DNA from: a virus
Lineage: Duplodnaviria; Caudoviricetes
IMG/VR virus record: IMGVR_UViG_3300008267_006855
Coordinates: 1,192 to 65,191 of that record
Reading direction: 5' to 3' (one strand)
DNA length: 64,000 nt
Under the pieces are notes generated by a model. That model was not told the origin of the DNA. It was given only the letters and a program-made list of their open reading frames with translations, and did not search any database. Position 1 is the first letter of the stretch. The number at the start of each line of letters is the position of its first letter. Position numbers and translations under genes: made by a program. Shown here piece after piece: positions 9,999 through 19,933 of the stretch.

Positions 9999-10351
9999 TA
10001 ACTTATTTCCTCATAAGAAATCGTAGCATTAAACATATTATTTGTATTTGAAAATACTCTAATCGTATCGCCTTCTTCCAAATAAATTAGTTTATTAACA
10101 AAATCAACTGTAGACGCAGCTGGTACGTTAGTATTGGCCATTATGGGATAAGATATATTACTTCTAAACAAATCTAATGTAACATTACCTGAATTTGCAG
10201 TATTCATATTAGCAATATAAAGTGCGCTAACTTTAATAATTTTTCCAGAATTTGCAGAGTTGGTAACTAAAGTGGAAAAAGTATTGTTTACAAGCAATAC
10301 TGATGTTTTTCCAAACATTATTGAAGTGTTTACTATATTTGGGTTAGCCAT
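9998..10351 (-). CDS. Small beta-rich virion adaptor protein (~110-aa family)
   Basis: MANPNIVN...YLEEGDTIRV...ISYEEIS; similar to 23860..24189 and 39855..40190. Confidence 0.75.
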   Translation of the reverse strand: MANPNIVNTSIMFGKTSVLLVNNTFSTLVTNSANSGKIIKVSALYIANMNTANSGNVTLDLFRSNISYPIMANTNVPAASTVDFVNKLIYLEEGDTIRVFSNTNNMFNATISYEEIS

Positions 10352-10360
10352 TTTAGTTCC

Positions 10361-10834
10361 TTATCCTAGTATCATTGTCAAAGCAATAGTTTTGCCAATA
10401 GATGGAGATGATCCGGTAGTTGCAGATGATACACCAACAGATAATTCTGAAATTGCTGGTGAATCAAATACTGTCACTTCAAAGTTATAACCATTGTAAG
10501 GAGCAGTTGAAAAAGTTAAAGTATTTCCTACAACAGAATAAGTATTTTTAAATTGTACAACACCTTCTAGCGCAACAATAATTTGATTTTCATTATTTGG
10601 TGTTTTTGGTAAATTATAATTTACTGTAGTTCCATCTCCAGTAAAACTATATGTGTCTAGATTTACACCACCAGAAACAGCTTTAGTGTATGCAGAATTG
10701 GCAACGTTTCTAGCATATTGATCTATATTTGGAGTTGCAATTTTTGTCCATGTTCTTAATGAAGAAGAATAGACATATCGAACACCATTTATAATAGCTA
10801 CTTGAGTGTTAACTGGTGATGATGGAAAAGACAT
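10361..10834 (-). CDS. Fibre connector protein (MSFPSSP N-terminus, hydrophobic C-terminal tag)
   Basis: MSFPSSP..NGVRYVY..W head, FTGDGTT..LTFSTAP module, ends IGKTIALTMILG. Confidence 0.75.
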   Translation of the reverse strand: MSFPSSPVNTQVAIINGVRYVYSSSLRTWTKIATPNIDQYARNVANSAYTKAVSGGVNLDTYSFTGDGTTVNYNLPKTPNNENQIIVALEGVVQFKNTYSVVGNTLTFSTAPYNGYNFEVTVFDSPAISELSVGVSSATTGSSPSIGKTIALTMILG

Positions 10835-10843
10835 AGTTTTTTA

Positions 10844-11227
10844 TTAAGCTGGTGTCTCTACTTGTGTCCAACTTGTTGTTTCTTCATTCCAGGTATATCT
10901 TTCTCCATCATCTGGATATGGTGTTGGTGGTTCCCACAGGCAAGATGTTTCATTTAAATTCCAAGAATTAAACGGTTTTGGTGGAATAAATGCATCACGC
11001 TCTCTATCATAAGTGTAACCAATACCAGCATAATTTTTTCTTAATGCTTTTGTTTGGTCTTCCGATGGAGTATTCGTGTTTGGATTATAGTGAACACCAC
11101 CTCTGGTATTATAAGATGTTTGAATCCATTCACCAGGTGATGTATCAACAAATGTATTAAAAAATTCTGGCTCAGCAACAATAACTTGTATTACTGTTCC
11201 TCCAGATACTTTTGCAAAGTGTGCCAT
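10844..11227 (-). CDS. Small MAHFAK-type protein, possible fibre assembly chaperone
   Basis: 127 aa, MAHFAKV...WIQTSYN...LRKNYAGIGYTYD..RDAFIPPKP...W; has its own TAAATA box and AAGGAG RBS. Confidence 0.75.
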   Translation of the reverse strand: MAHFAKVSGGTVIQVIVAEPEFFNTFVDTSPGEWIQTSYNTRGGVHYNPNTNTPSEDQTKALRKNYAGIGYTYDRERDAFIPPKPFNSWNLNETSCLWEPPTPYPDDGERYTWNEETTSWTQVETPA

Positions 11228-11263
11228 TTTATAAAATCTCCTTAAAAAATATCAACAATAAAC

Positions 11264-11271
11264 TATTTATT
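11264..11271 (-). promoter_or_regulatory. T4-type late promoter (AATAAATA)
   Basis: Intergenic, upstream of the AAGGAG RBS of 10844..11227. Confidence 0.65.
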
Positions 11272-11291
11272 CAGGTTCCAAATAACCATAT

Positions 11292-14027
11292 CTATCCAGT
11301 AAATACGCCAGATGTTGTAAAGGTATGATACGTGTAACCATCAACTGATGTTATTGTGCCACCAGAACCACGTTGTGGACCAGCATATCTTATAATAAAG
11401 ATACCAGAACCACCTGCTGTTCCTGGACTATTACCTGCACCACTTGCGGAAGTTGATCCGCCATTACCAGTATTTACTGCACCGGCAGCAACGGCATCCC
11501 CAGGTCCACCCGTACAATATGTGTTTCCATTTAACCAGGTTATTCCTACACCACCTGTTCCCACGCCACCAACTCCTCCAGCACCACCTCCACCACCTCC
11601 TATACTAGCGTTTGGTACGCCACCAGGACCGCCATTATGTCCATGTCCATATCCAACGTTAGATTCCTGTGTAGAAGCTCCGCCTGAGGTACCATTGTTT
11701 TGCCATCCACCTCCGCCTCCACCAGAACCACCAGGGTTACCAGTAGCAGTTCCAGTTCCTCCTACACCACCAGCATATGCAGTTAGTGTATAATTAGCGT
11801 GTGCTAAAGTTGAATTGCTGCCTCCACCACCAATAGTTGCTGTATACGTTTCTCCAGGTAATACATTAAATTGATTATTAATTGTATAAACTAATGCTCC
11901 AGCTCCACCGCCGCCACCTTTATTACCACCTGCACTATTTGTGCCTCCACTACCTCCACCACCTGCTAAAAGTATATCTGCATCATATCCATATTTTTGT
12001 TTGATAATTAGAATGCCTGAACCACCATTAGCAGATGATCCCCCACCACCGCCACCAGTTTTAGCAATACCAGCTGTTGATCCAGAACCTCCACCACCTA
12101 CGGCATTAGTAGTTGCATCAGCACTACCGCCACCACCACCATAATATCCTCTGGTTCCTGTTAGAGTATTATTTGCATTAGTTCCTCGAATTTCCCATCC
12201 AGTCATTAATCTACCAGCACCAGGAGCACCTGCAGTTGTCCAGTTTCCACCAGCAGTGTTTGCACCTCCACCACCACCTTTTGTGGTTGCACCACCATCA
12301 TAACCATTGCCACCAGCATTACCATATCCACCAGTCACACTTCCTGGTTGAGTTGCAGAACCGCCAGCTGATTGATTTGACGATGATGTTCCAGCACCAC
12401 CACCAGAACCACCTGAAGATCCAGCTGCTCCACCATTACCACCCTTACCACCGCCATAACCTATCCATTCAACTGGTAATGCATTTTTTGTAATTTTGGT
12501 ATTACCACCACTAGAATTAACACCACCAGCACCTACATTTATTTCTTTTATTGTATTACCGCCTAATACTGCTGTTGCTGTAGCACCTGTTCCACTACCA
12601 CCAGTAAATGATATAAGTGGGGCGGAAGTATATCCAGAGCCATTATTTGTAACAGAAATTGAGGTGATTGCTCCACCAGAAATTGTCGCTGTTGCAGTTG
12701 CTGCTATTGTTGGAATATTTCCCGTAACAGGAGTAATAACTACTGTTGGTGCCGATACATATCCAGTACCACCAGAAATAATTGATATCTGCGATACTTT
12801 CCGATAGTATACACTAGATGTTGAATTTAATATTGTATTAAGTTTTTCGGCGACACCACCTGCACCACCTCCACCACCTGGAGATCCTCCAGAACCACCA
12901 CCGCCAACCAATAAAATATCATAATTGCCAAAGTGTGGTGGATCAAATCTATGTAATACTCCTGGATTTTCAAATATCCAGTAGCGATTGATGGCGGTAC
13001 TACCTTCGATAACAGCAGTTTCATAACGAGCAGCATTAGCGAACAAAGTAAATGTTCTTGAAGTAGTGACCCCTACGTTATTGGTTACATTGACAACAAA
13101 CGAAGTTGAGAAAGAATCGCCAGAAAATACTGTTAGTGTTCCACTTATTAAACCACTTACCGTGTTCAATGTTAAACCAGCAGGCAGTGTGCTAGCACCA
13201 GCCAACGCAAATGCAGTCCCACCAACTGCTTGCAACTGGATAGAAACTGGAATATCCATTGCTATATCTGGTAACGAATTATTTGTAACCCAAGTAGCAG
13301 CAGGATAATAGATAACTGCATTAGTTAATGATACAGTAAATCCTAATAGATCAGTTAAAGTTATTCCATAAGAACCATATGATTTTGGTGGCACTCTAAC
13401 AATAACCTCAGTTGGACTATTATAAACTGTACTTAATGCTGCTGTTCCACCGATGGTTGCTGATATACCAGAACTAAACCCAGTTCCTGTAATTTTAACA
13501 TATCCGCCACCAACTTCAGCAAAACCTGCGTATCCAAGTGGTGTACCAGAAACATCTGTAACTACAACGGAAACGATAGAAAGACCACCTGTTCCCTGAG
13601 CTGTTCCACCTATTGTAGCATAAGCATAAATTTCGATTACATCATTAGCGGTGGCACCTGTCGCCAACACGATGTTAACGCCATTTGTTGCGGTATATTG
13701 GTTTGTTGGAACACGAACATTGTTTTTATAAACATCAACATAACTGTAATTTGTTGATGGTGTAAATGTAGTTTGATTGGCAGTAGCGGTAAATGTCTCT
13801 ACTGTCCTTATTGTGGTTGACCCACCAACCCTATTCCAAACACTATTCTCATAGACATTTAAAGAGCTATCTGTAGTTTTATACCACAGATCTCCGGTGC
13901 TTGGAGTAGAGGGAGCATTTGCAGATGTAGTGACCGATGCGCCGCCACCACCTCCAGTTATTGCAATCGTAGTAAGATTGGAAGAATAAGTTGCCAAATC
14001 AGCAAGTAATGAAATATTAGTAGACAT
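11292..14027 (-). CDS. Modular fibre protein: connector + IPT/Ig + two Gly-rich domains
   Basis: 911-aa ORF with GDLWY, FTATANQTTF, IPT-like, LPAGLTL..GLISG and two DILL.GGGG domains. Confidence 0.8.
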   Translation of the reverse strand: MSTNISLLADLATYSSNLTTIAITGGGGGASVTTSANAPSTPSTGDLWYKTTDSSLNVYENSVWNRVGGSTTIRTVETFTATANQTTFTPSTNYSYVDVYKNNVRVPTNQYTATNGVNIVLATGATANDVIEIYAYATIGGTAQGTGGLSIVSVVVTDVSGTPLGYAGFAEVGGGYVKITGTGFSSGISATIGGTAALSTVYNSPTEVIVRVPPKSYGSYGITLTDLLGFTVSLTNAVIYYPAATWVTNNSLPDIAMDIPVSIQLQAVGGTAFALAGASTLPAGLTLNTVSGLISGTLTVFSGDSFSTSFVVNVTNNVGVTTSRTFTLFANAARYETAVIEGSTAINRYWIFENPGVLHRFDPPHFGNYDILLVGGGGSGGSPGGGGGAGGVAEKLNTILNSTSSVYYRKVSQISIISGGTGYVSAPTVVITPVTGNIPTIAATATATISGGAITSISVTNNGSGYTSAPLISFTGGSGTGATATAVLGGNTIKEINVGAGGVNSSGGNTKITKNALPVEWIGYGGGKGGNGGAAGSSGGSGGGAGTSSSNQSAGGSATQPGSVTGGYGNAGGNGYDGGATTKGGGGGANTAGGNWTTAGAPGAGRLMTGWEIRGTNANNTLTGTRGYYGGGGGSADATTNAVGGGGSGSTAGIAKTGGGGGGSSANGGSGILIIKQKYGYDADILLAGGGGSGGTNSAGGNKGGGGGAGALVYTINNQFNVLPGETYTATIGGGGSNSTLAHANYTLTAYAGGVGGTGTATGNPGGSGGGGGGWQNNGTSGGASTQESNVGYGHGHNGGPGGVPNASIGGGGGGAGGVGGVGTGGVGITWLNGNTYCTGGPGDAVAAGAVNTGNGGSTSASGAGNSPGTAGGSGIFIIRYAGPQRGSGGTITSVDGYTYHTFTTSGVFTG

Positions 14028-14055
14028 ATTTACACTATAATTATTTTAGAAAAAG

Positions 14056-14805
14056 TTATGCGATTGTTGTCCAACTTGTGCCTTTCCATACTTCTAATGT
14101 GCTATTAGCTGTATTCCAAATAATTGTTCCATTAGCAACACCAGATGGTCGACCACTAAAAGATAAAACTGTATTATAAGATGTTGTAAAAAAATTAATT
14201 ACTGTAACAATATCATTTGCTTTGCAAGGATTATTTAATAATATTGTTGTACCATTGTTTGCTACATAATCAAATGTCGATAATCTTAAACCATTTCTAA
14301 GAACATCCATATTATCAACACTATAATTTACCGAAAATGTATTTTGATTTGCGGTAGCTACAAATTCTACAATCGATCTATAAGATGGTAGTGATTCTGT
14401 TGTTGCTGAACTAGAAATATCTATCCAATAATTTTCACTGCCATCATTAGTATAACGATACATAACATCCGTATCTGTTTTGTACCATATATCACCAACT
14501 ATTGGATTTGTTGGAGCATTTATAGACGATGTTGATCTTACGCCACCACCAACAACATTACCAGTAACAATTAAAGTATTGTTGGATGTATAATAGTTTA
14601 AATTTGCATTATTGGCAATGTAACCTGCCGTGTTTACAGTTAATACATTATTGGCTGAAAAACCACCAAGAGATACTACGCCTCCTTCAGAAGATCCTAC
14701 AGAAACAGTTACTTTTTTCCAAGCTCTTTTTGATGACGAATAGGTATATCGTATACCATTTACGATAGCTATTTCATTATTTGAAGGAGATAAAGGAAAA
14801 GACAT
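14056..14805 (-). CDS. Fibre connector protein (MSFP.SP family)
   Basis: 249 aa; module-for-module paralog of parts of 14833..16902. Confidence 0.8.
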   Translation of the reverse strand: MSFPLSPSNNEIAIVNGIRYTYSSSKRAWKKVTVSVGSSEGGVVSLGGFSANNVLTVNTAGYIANNANLNYYTSNNTLIVTGNVVGGGVRSTSSINAPTNPIVGDIWYKTDTDVMYRYTNDGSENYWIDISSSATTESLPSYRSIVEFVATANQNTFSVNYSVDNMDVLRNGLRLSTFDYVANNGTTILLNNPCKANDIVTVINFFTTSYNTVLSFSGRPSGVANGTIIWNTANSTLEVWKGTSWTTIA

Positions 14806-14832
14806 TTGTTTTTTATTTAATTAAAATATTTA

Positions 14833-16902
14833 TTAAGCTGTAAATGTGCCTGAAGATGTAAACACATGATAAGTAAATCCTCCACTCGAACTAATAGTTC
14901 CACCTGTTCCTCTTGCATTACCAGAGTAACGAACAATTACTGTGCCTGATCCACCTTGTGCTGCAATTGTTGGCGCCGACCAAGAACAACCGCCACCACC
15001 ACCGCCAGTTCCAGCTCCACCATTACCGCCTCTTAGGTTTCCTCCAGCAGCTCCGTTTGAACCGTTATTTCTGGCGGATCCACCACCGGTGCCGCCAGTT
15101 CCAGAAGATACTGAACCGCCGCCGCCACCACCAAGGCCGCCATTGCCGCCTGTTGAGGAATCGTGTCCTCCAGCACCACCACCGCCAGAATAGTAATATC
15201 CATCTAACCACAAATAACCTTCGCCGCCATGACCACCAGAAGCTGCCGTAGATCCAGCTGTTCCTGCTCCACCTCCACCTCCACCAATTCGTTGTGAACC
15301 TGGTGTTCCAGCAACACCTGTTCCTCCAGCGTTGCCTTGTCCAGCAGTTCCGGAACCACCAACAGCACCATTATCTGCACCACCTCCACCTGAACCACCA
15401 GATAAACCAGCATTTGAAGTGGTATTAAGAACATGATTACCGCCGCCACCGCCACCTAAAGCGGTTGTTAAGAAAGCAGTTGTGTTCGAACCATTGGTTG
15501 CTCTTGTTGCACTTGTTCCTGAATTTCCACCAGCACCAATAACAAAAGTATAAGTGTCATTTGGAAAAACTGTAGAAGATCCAGTAATTAATCCTCCTGC
15601 TCCACCACCTCCTCCAATGGGACCACCACCTCCGCCGCCAGCAACAATTAAATATTGAATGGTATAATTTTGTGAAGCAAGAGTTGCCCATGCAATTCCT
15701 GTATAAGTTTCTAATACATTATTTGCTGAATTCCAAAGTATTGTTCCGTTTGCTATTCCAGAAGGTCTTGTATTTGCCGTCAATACAACATTTAATGATG
15801 TGGTATAGAAATTAATTATTGTTACTACATCATTTGCATTACATGGTGTGTCTAATATTATTGAAGTACCATTATTTGCAACATAATCGGTAGAAGGTAA
15901 TCTTAAACCATTTCTAAGAACATCAACACTATTAACATTATAAACTGTAGAGAATGAATTTTGATTTGCAGTAGCTACAAATTCTGCAATTGAACGGTGT
16001 GCAGGTGAAGAACCTGAAAATTCTGGACCAGAAACATCTATCCAATAACTGCTACCACCATCATTTGTGTAACGATAGATAACATCTGTACCAGTTTCAT
16101 ACCATATATCACCAATAACTGGATTATCAGGAGGATTCTCTGAGGTTGTTGATCTTATACCACCACCAACAACATTGCCTGTAACAACTAAAGTATTATT
16201 TGAATTGTAGAAATTTAAATTGGCTGTGTTTGAAATATATCCGGCAGAATTTACAGTTAATACATTATTGGCTGCAAAACCACCTAAAGATGTTATTCCA
16301 CCACCTGTATTGGCTTTATCGAAAGCTGCTTGTATTCTTGTATTTTGAGTGATGTTAACATTTTTAATTATATTAACTTCATCTTGTATTGCAATACCTG
16401 TGGCTAATGCAAGATTAGCTTGAGTAAATGCTGCTTGTGAATGTCCTTCAACAAAAGTAATTCTGGTATTTTGAGCAGTATTAACACCTTGAAGTATGAC
16501 TGTATTTGATGCCGCAGTATTGGCTGTATCTCTAGCAACTTGATCTGGTGATGCGGCCGCAGCAGAATTTGCCTGATTATAAGCTGCCTGTGCAAAAGAA
16601 TCTACAGATGTGATTCTTGTATTTTGCCAAACATCAACACCTTGTGTATAGATTGTATTTGAAGATGCAGTATTAGCTTGATCAAAGGCAGCTTGAATTT
16701 TTGTATTCTGTGATGCAACTACACCTTGTGTGTAGATTGAATTTGCACTTGCTGTTGCTGCCAGAATTCTTGCAACATTATCTATTGATCCAGAAATAGT
16801 TGTGCCTATCCTAGTCCAAGTTCCTTCCGAACTTGAATATTCATATAGAATTCCATTTAGTGTGGCCTGTTGGCCATTAGTAGGTGAACTTGGAAAAGAC
16901 AT
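14833..16902 (-). CDS. Fibre protein: coiled-coil stalk + connector + Gly-rich domain
   Basis: MSFPSSP head, YTQGV..QNTRI/AAF.KAN repeats, GDIWY module, YLIVAGGGGG Gly-rich tip. Confidence 0.8.
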   Translation of the reverse strand: MSFPSSPTNGQQATLNGILYEYSSSEGTWTRIGTTISGSIDNVARILAATASANSIYTQGVVASQNTKIQAAFDQANTASSNTIYTQGVDVWQNTRITSVDSFAQAAYNQANSAAAASPDQVARDTANTAASNTVILQGVNTAQNTRITFVEGHSQAAFTQANLALATGIAIQDEVNIIKNVNITQNTRIQAAFDKANTGGGITSLGGFAANNVLTVNSAGYISNTANLNFYNSNNTLVVTGNVVGGGIRSTTSENPPDNPVIGDIWYETGTDVIYRYTNDGGSSYWIDVSGPEFSGSSPAHRSIAEFVATANQNSFSTVYNVNSVDVLRNGLRLPSTDYVANNGTSIILDTPCNANDVVTIINFYTTSLNVVLTANTRPSGIANGTILWNSANNVLETYTGIAWATLASQNYTIQYLIVAGGGGGGPIGGGGGAGGLITGSSTVFPNDTYTFVIGAGGNSGTSATRATNGSNTTAFLTTALGGGGGGNHVLNTTSNAGLSGGSGGGGADNGAVGGSGTAGQGNAGGTGVAGTPGSQRIGGGGGGAGTAGSTAASGGHGGEGYLWLDGYYYSGGGGAGGHDSSTGGNGGLGGGGGGSVSSGTGGTGGGSARNNGSNGAAGGNLRGGNGGAGTGGGGGGCSWSAPTIAAQGGSGTVIVRYSGNARGTGGTISSSGGFTYHVFTSSGTFTA

Positions 16903-16910
16903 TTATTTTT

Positions 16911-17036
16911 TTATTCTGATGTTACAACTTCTGACCAACTGGTCGTTTCTTCATTCCATCTATAATATTTTCCATCATTTTCGGCAACAATAACTTGTGT
17001 TACTGTACCACTTGTAACTTTCGCAAAATGAGCCAT
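16911..17036 (-). pseudogene. 41-aa internally deleted paralog of 10844..11227
   Basis: MAHFAKVTSGTVTQVIVAE|NDGKYYRWNEETTSWSEVVTSE* matches the first 19 and last 22 aa of the 127-aa paralog, so 86 codons are missing in frame. Promoter box and AAGGAG RBS are retained. Confidence 0.85.
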
Positions 17037-17062
17037 CTTTACAATCTCCTTGTATAATATAG

Positions 17063-17070
17063 TATTTATT
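17063..17070 (-). promoter_or_regulatory. T4-type late promoter (AATAAATA)
   Basis: Overlaps a stop codon; upstream of the AAGGAG RBS of the 41-aa remnant. Confidence 0.6.
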
Positions 17071-19921
17071 CAGATCCCAAATAGCCAATTGGGCGTACAA
17101 AAACACTTGTATTTGCAGCAGTATTTGCAAACACAAAAGAATCTCCTAGTAAAAGTCTTACTGCACCTGTTCCGCCAACTTGATTAGATTCGATGATATT
17201 CGCTCCATATCCAAAAGTAACATTATATGGACTTGGTATATTAGCTACACTACCATCTTTTACTCCACCTGAATCTCCAGTATTTGATATACCATATAAA
17301 GCAACGCCACCACCAGTTGAATAATATATTCCTGATGATCCAGCACCACCAGTAGGGCCAGCACCACCATAAGTTCCTCCATCACCATTATAACCTCCGG
17401 CGCCACCGTAACCATATTGTCCTGATCCTCCTCCTCCGTTGCCGCCGCTTGTTATAGCACCAACAGGCATAACTCCAGTTAAAGCTCGGCCTCCAAGCAT
17501 ATTTGATGAACCGCCTCCAGCTTCAATAATTCTTTGGCCATTTATGTAAATACTAGAGTTACTATTTGCATATACACCAGGAGTATTTTGTGAAACACCG
17601 GCTCTTAATGTTATAATATCACCTTGATTTACTGGATAATTTGAAACCCATTTCAATGCTCCTCCACCTCCATATTGATGTGGTGGACCAACAGTAACAC
17701 CTGTACCACCAGCACCAACACAAACTCCATGTAGATATCTTATGCCATATGGAACAACTACTGTAACATTACCGCTAGCAGTATTTCCTACAACAATTTT
17801 TTCATAGGATTGTATGTAATCTACCGCACCATTTGCAAATGCCGGTGTATATTTTAAAACTATTCCTGAATTTGCATCAGGATAATTTGCATTTGGTAAA
17901 GATACATACACTTCACCCGTTGTGACATCTTGGATAAGACTTGGATCTTGGCCAGCAATTGATTCTACTGCTTGGTTTGGTAATAAATGAGGAGTTATCC
18001 AATAACTATTTGCAGTACTTACAAAAGAAGTATTTGATGTTGAAGAAATATCTCCATTTTCTCCTCTGATAACAACAAATGATGGTAAACCTGTATGTGA
18101 TTCTGCTCTAATAGATCCAAAAGCAACATTTGAATACCCACTAGCAGGAGGAAATGCAGAAAAATAATTTAAAGATCCTGGTGTTGAAATACTACTACTT
18201 AATATTTTACCACCATAAGAATCATATTGTTTTAAAGTCCATGTACCTGAAAAATTATCATATTTTAACATCTCTAATGTACTAAGTGATGAGTTGGATC
18301 TTTGATAAAGTCCATAAAAAATATCTTCTTCATCTTCATGACAAGAAACTTGAACTGATATTGTTGTAGAATTTCCTGTTACAGGTGAACGATCAAATGT
18401 TTTTGTCCAACTTGTTCCATTTGTTGTTGGATTACTGTTAGTTAATATTATAATTCTACCACCATCAGTTACCGATGGTGTAGTTGTATCATTCTCATTT
18501 GAATATAACGCAATGTGTTTTCCTGTATTAGATATCTTTGCACCTTTAAAATGCAATGATCCACCGCTTGCAACACCACTAGCATTGGTTGAACTACCTA
18601 TATTGCCACTACTCAATGTTGATACGTGAGACCAAGTATTTGCATTTGTATTCGCTCTTCTGTAGATAGAAACGGCAGAAGAATTTCCAATAAGCATAAT
18701 TAAACCGTCATTACTTACAGACATTGGACAAGATTCATTTAATACAGTACTATATGCTTCATATGTGTATGTTGATTGTGGTACATACATATACTGTGTT
18801 TGTGACCAATCATTATTTGCACTATTTTTTTGAAAAACCAAAAAAGATTTTCCATAATATATAGCACCAGATCCATCAGAATATTGGCCAATCAAATAAT
18901 TTACTGAAGATATTAATGTATTATAGGAAAGCATTATTCCACCTATACCTAATCCCCAATAAATACCACGTTGATATCCTCCCACGGGCGTGCCCGGACC
19001 AATAACTGGCCATACGCTAACACCAGAAGGAAGACCAATTTTATATAAAAAAGTTGGATTTCCATAATCTGATGTTTCATATATGTAAATAGATGTATTT
19101 GGAGCTACAGTAACGCCATAAGTATAATTAGCAACTGATACAAAAGAATTTGCGTGTTGAGATAAACCTGTTATTGCTAATTTTCCATTGTGTGCAGTAA
19201 TTCTTCTTCCAAATTGTGCATTTGCTTGAGAACCGCTTATAAAAGGCACAGTTGATTGTCCTGTCAGTCTAAAACCAACCGCATAATCTAAAAGAACAAA
19301 ACTTAATCTTATTGTTGTTCTTGCAATTGATATATTAGATCCGTCTGATGCAGTAAATGTAACAACAAATACACCAGCATTGTTTGCTTCTGTTGATGGT
19401 GTAATTGTAAATACATTATTAAGTTGTGATATTGTTGCTGTGTTTGCTAATGAACCACCGGTGACTGCGTAACTCCATATAACATTTGAACCTTCTGGAT
19501 CAACAGCAGTTAGAGTAATGACTGTTGGTGTTCCATCTGTCGATAAACGATAAGAAGAATTTGGTCCTATTGTTATTGCTGGTGCACCAGTTGGTGTTGT
19601 AGCAGTAGATATTAGATACCAAACTGTACCATTCCAAATATAAACGCTACTTGTATCTGTTGCAAAAGCTTGTTGGCCTACATTAGCAGATGCAGGAAAA
19701 GAAGAAACATTAGAGTACAAAGACATTCCAACACCAATTTCATTGCTGGTACCTGCAATTGCACCCCAATCAGTTGTAAATCCTTCAAAACCAGAAGTTT
19801 GTGTATTGTAACGAAAATAATTAGGTACACCTGTTGGTCGTTGTGCAGTATTTCCACTAGGTACACTAATAGAAGAATTTGCTTTAATTAAATCTGCCAA
19901 ATCTCTTGCTCGACTAACCAT
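17066..19921 (-). CDS. Large fibre/adhesin protein (Ig-like, possible beta-propeller, Gly-rich C-terminus)
   Basis: 951 aa; MVSRARDLADL head, VPSGNTAQRP..FRYN..FEG motif, cadherin-like segment, Gly-rich end. Confidence 0.7.
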   Translation of the reverse strand: MVSRARDLADLIKANSSISVPSGNTAQRPTGVPNYFRYNTQTSGFEGFTTDWGAIAGTSNEIGVGMSLYSNVSSFPASANVGQQAFATDTSSVYIWNGTVWYLISTATTPTGAPAITIGPNSSYRLSTDGTPTVITLTAVDPEGSNVIWSYAVTGGSLANTATISQLNNVFTITPSTEANNAGVFVVTFTASDGSNISIARTTIRLSFVLLDYAVGFRLTGQSTVPFISGSQANAQFGRRITAHNGKLAITGLSQHANSFVSVANYTYGVTVAPNTSIYIYETSDYGNPTFLYKIGLPSGVSVWPVIGPGTPVGGYQRGIYWGLGIGGIMLSYNTLISSVNYLIGQYSDGSGAIYYGKSFLVFQKNSANNDWSQTQYMYVPQSTYTYEAYSTVLNESCPMSVSNDGLIMLIGNSSAVSIYRRANTNANTWSHVSTLSSGNIGSSTNASGVASGGSLHFKGAKISNTGKHIALYSNENDTTTPSVTDGGRIIILTNSNPTTNGTSWTKTFDRSPVTGNSTTISVQVSCHEDEEDIFYGLYQRSNSSLSTLEMLKYDNFSGTWTLKQYDSYGGKILSSSISTPGSLNYFSAFPPASGYSNVAFGSIRAESHTGLPSFVVIRGENGDISSTSNTSFVSTANSYWITPHLLPNQAVESIAGQDPSLIQDVTTGEVYVSLPNANYPDANSGIVLKYTPAFANGAVDYIQSYEKIVVGNTASGNVTVVVPYGIRYLHGVCVGAGGTGVTVGPPHQYGGGGALKWVSNYPVNQGDIITLRAGVSQNTPGVYANSNSSIYINGQRIIEAGGGSSNMLGGRALTGVMPVGAITSGGNGGGGSGQYGYGGAGGYNGDGGTYGGAGPTGGAGSSGIYYSTGGGVALYGISNTGDSGGVKDGSVANIPSPYNVTFGYGANIIESNQVGGTGAVRLLLGDSFVFANTAANTSVFVRPIGYLGSE

Positions 19922-19933
19922 AGTTTTTCTCTT

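Noticed and set aside
11356-15251. Pro/His-rich plus-strand ORFs opposite the Gly-rich genes, and the other short antisense ORFs in the track
   Set aside because: They are antisense shadows of GGT/GGA codon runs; the minus strand carries coherent coupled genes.
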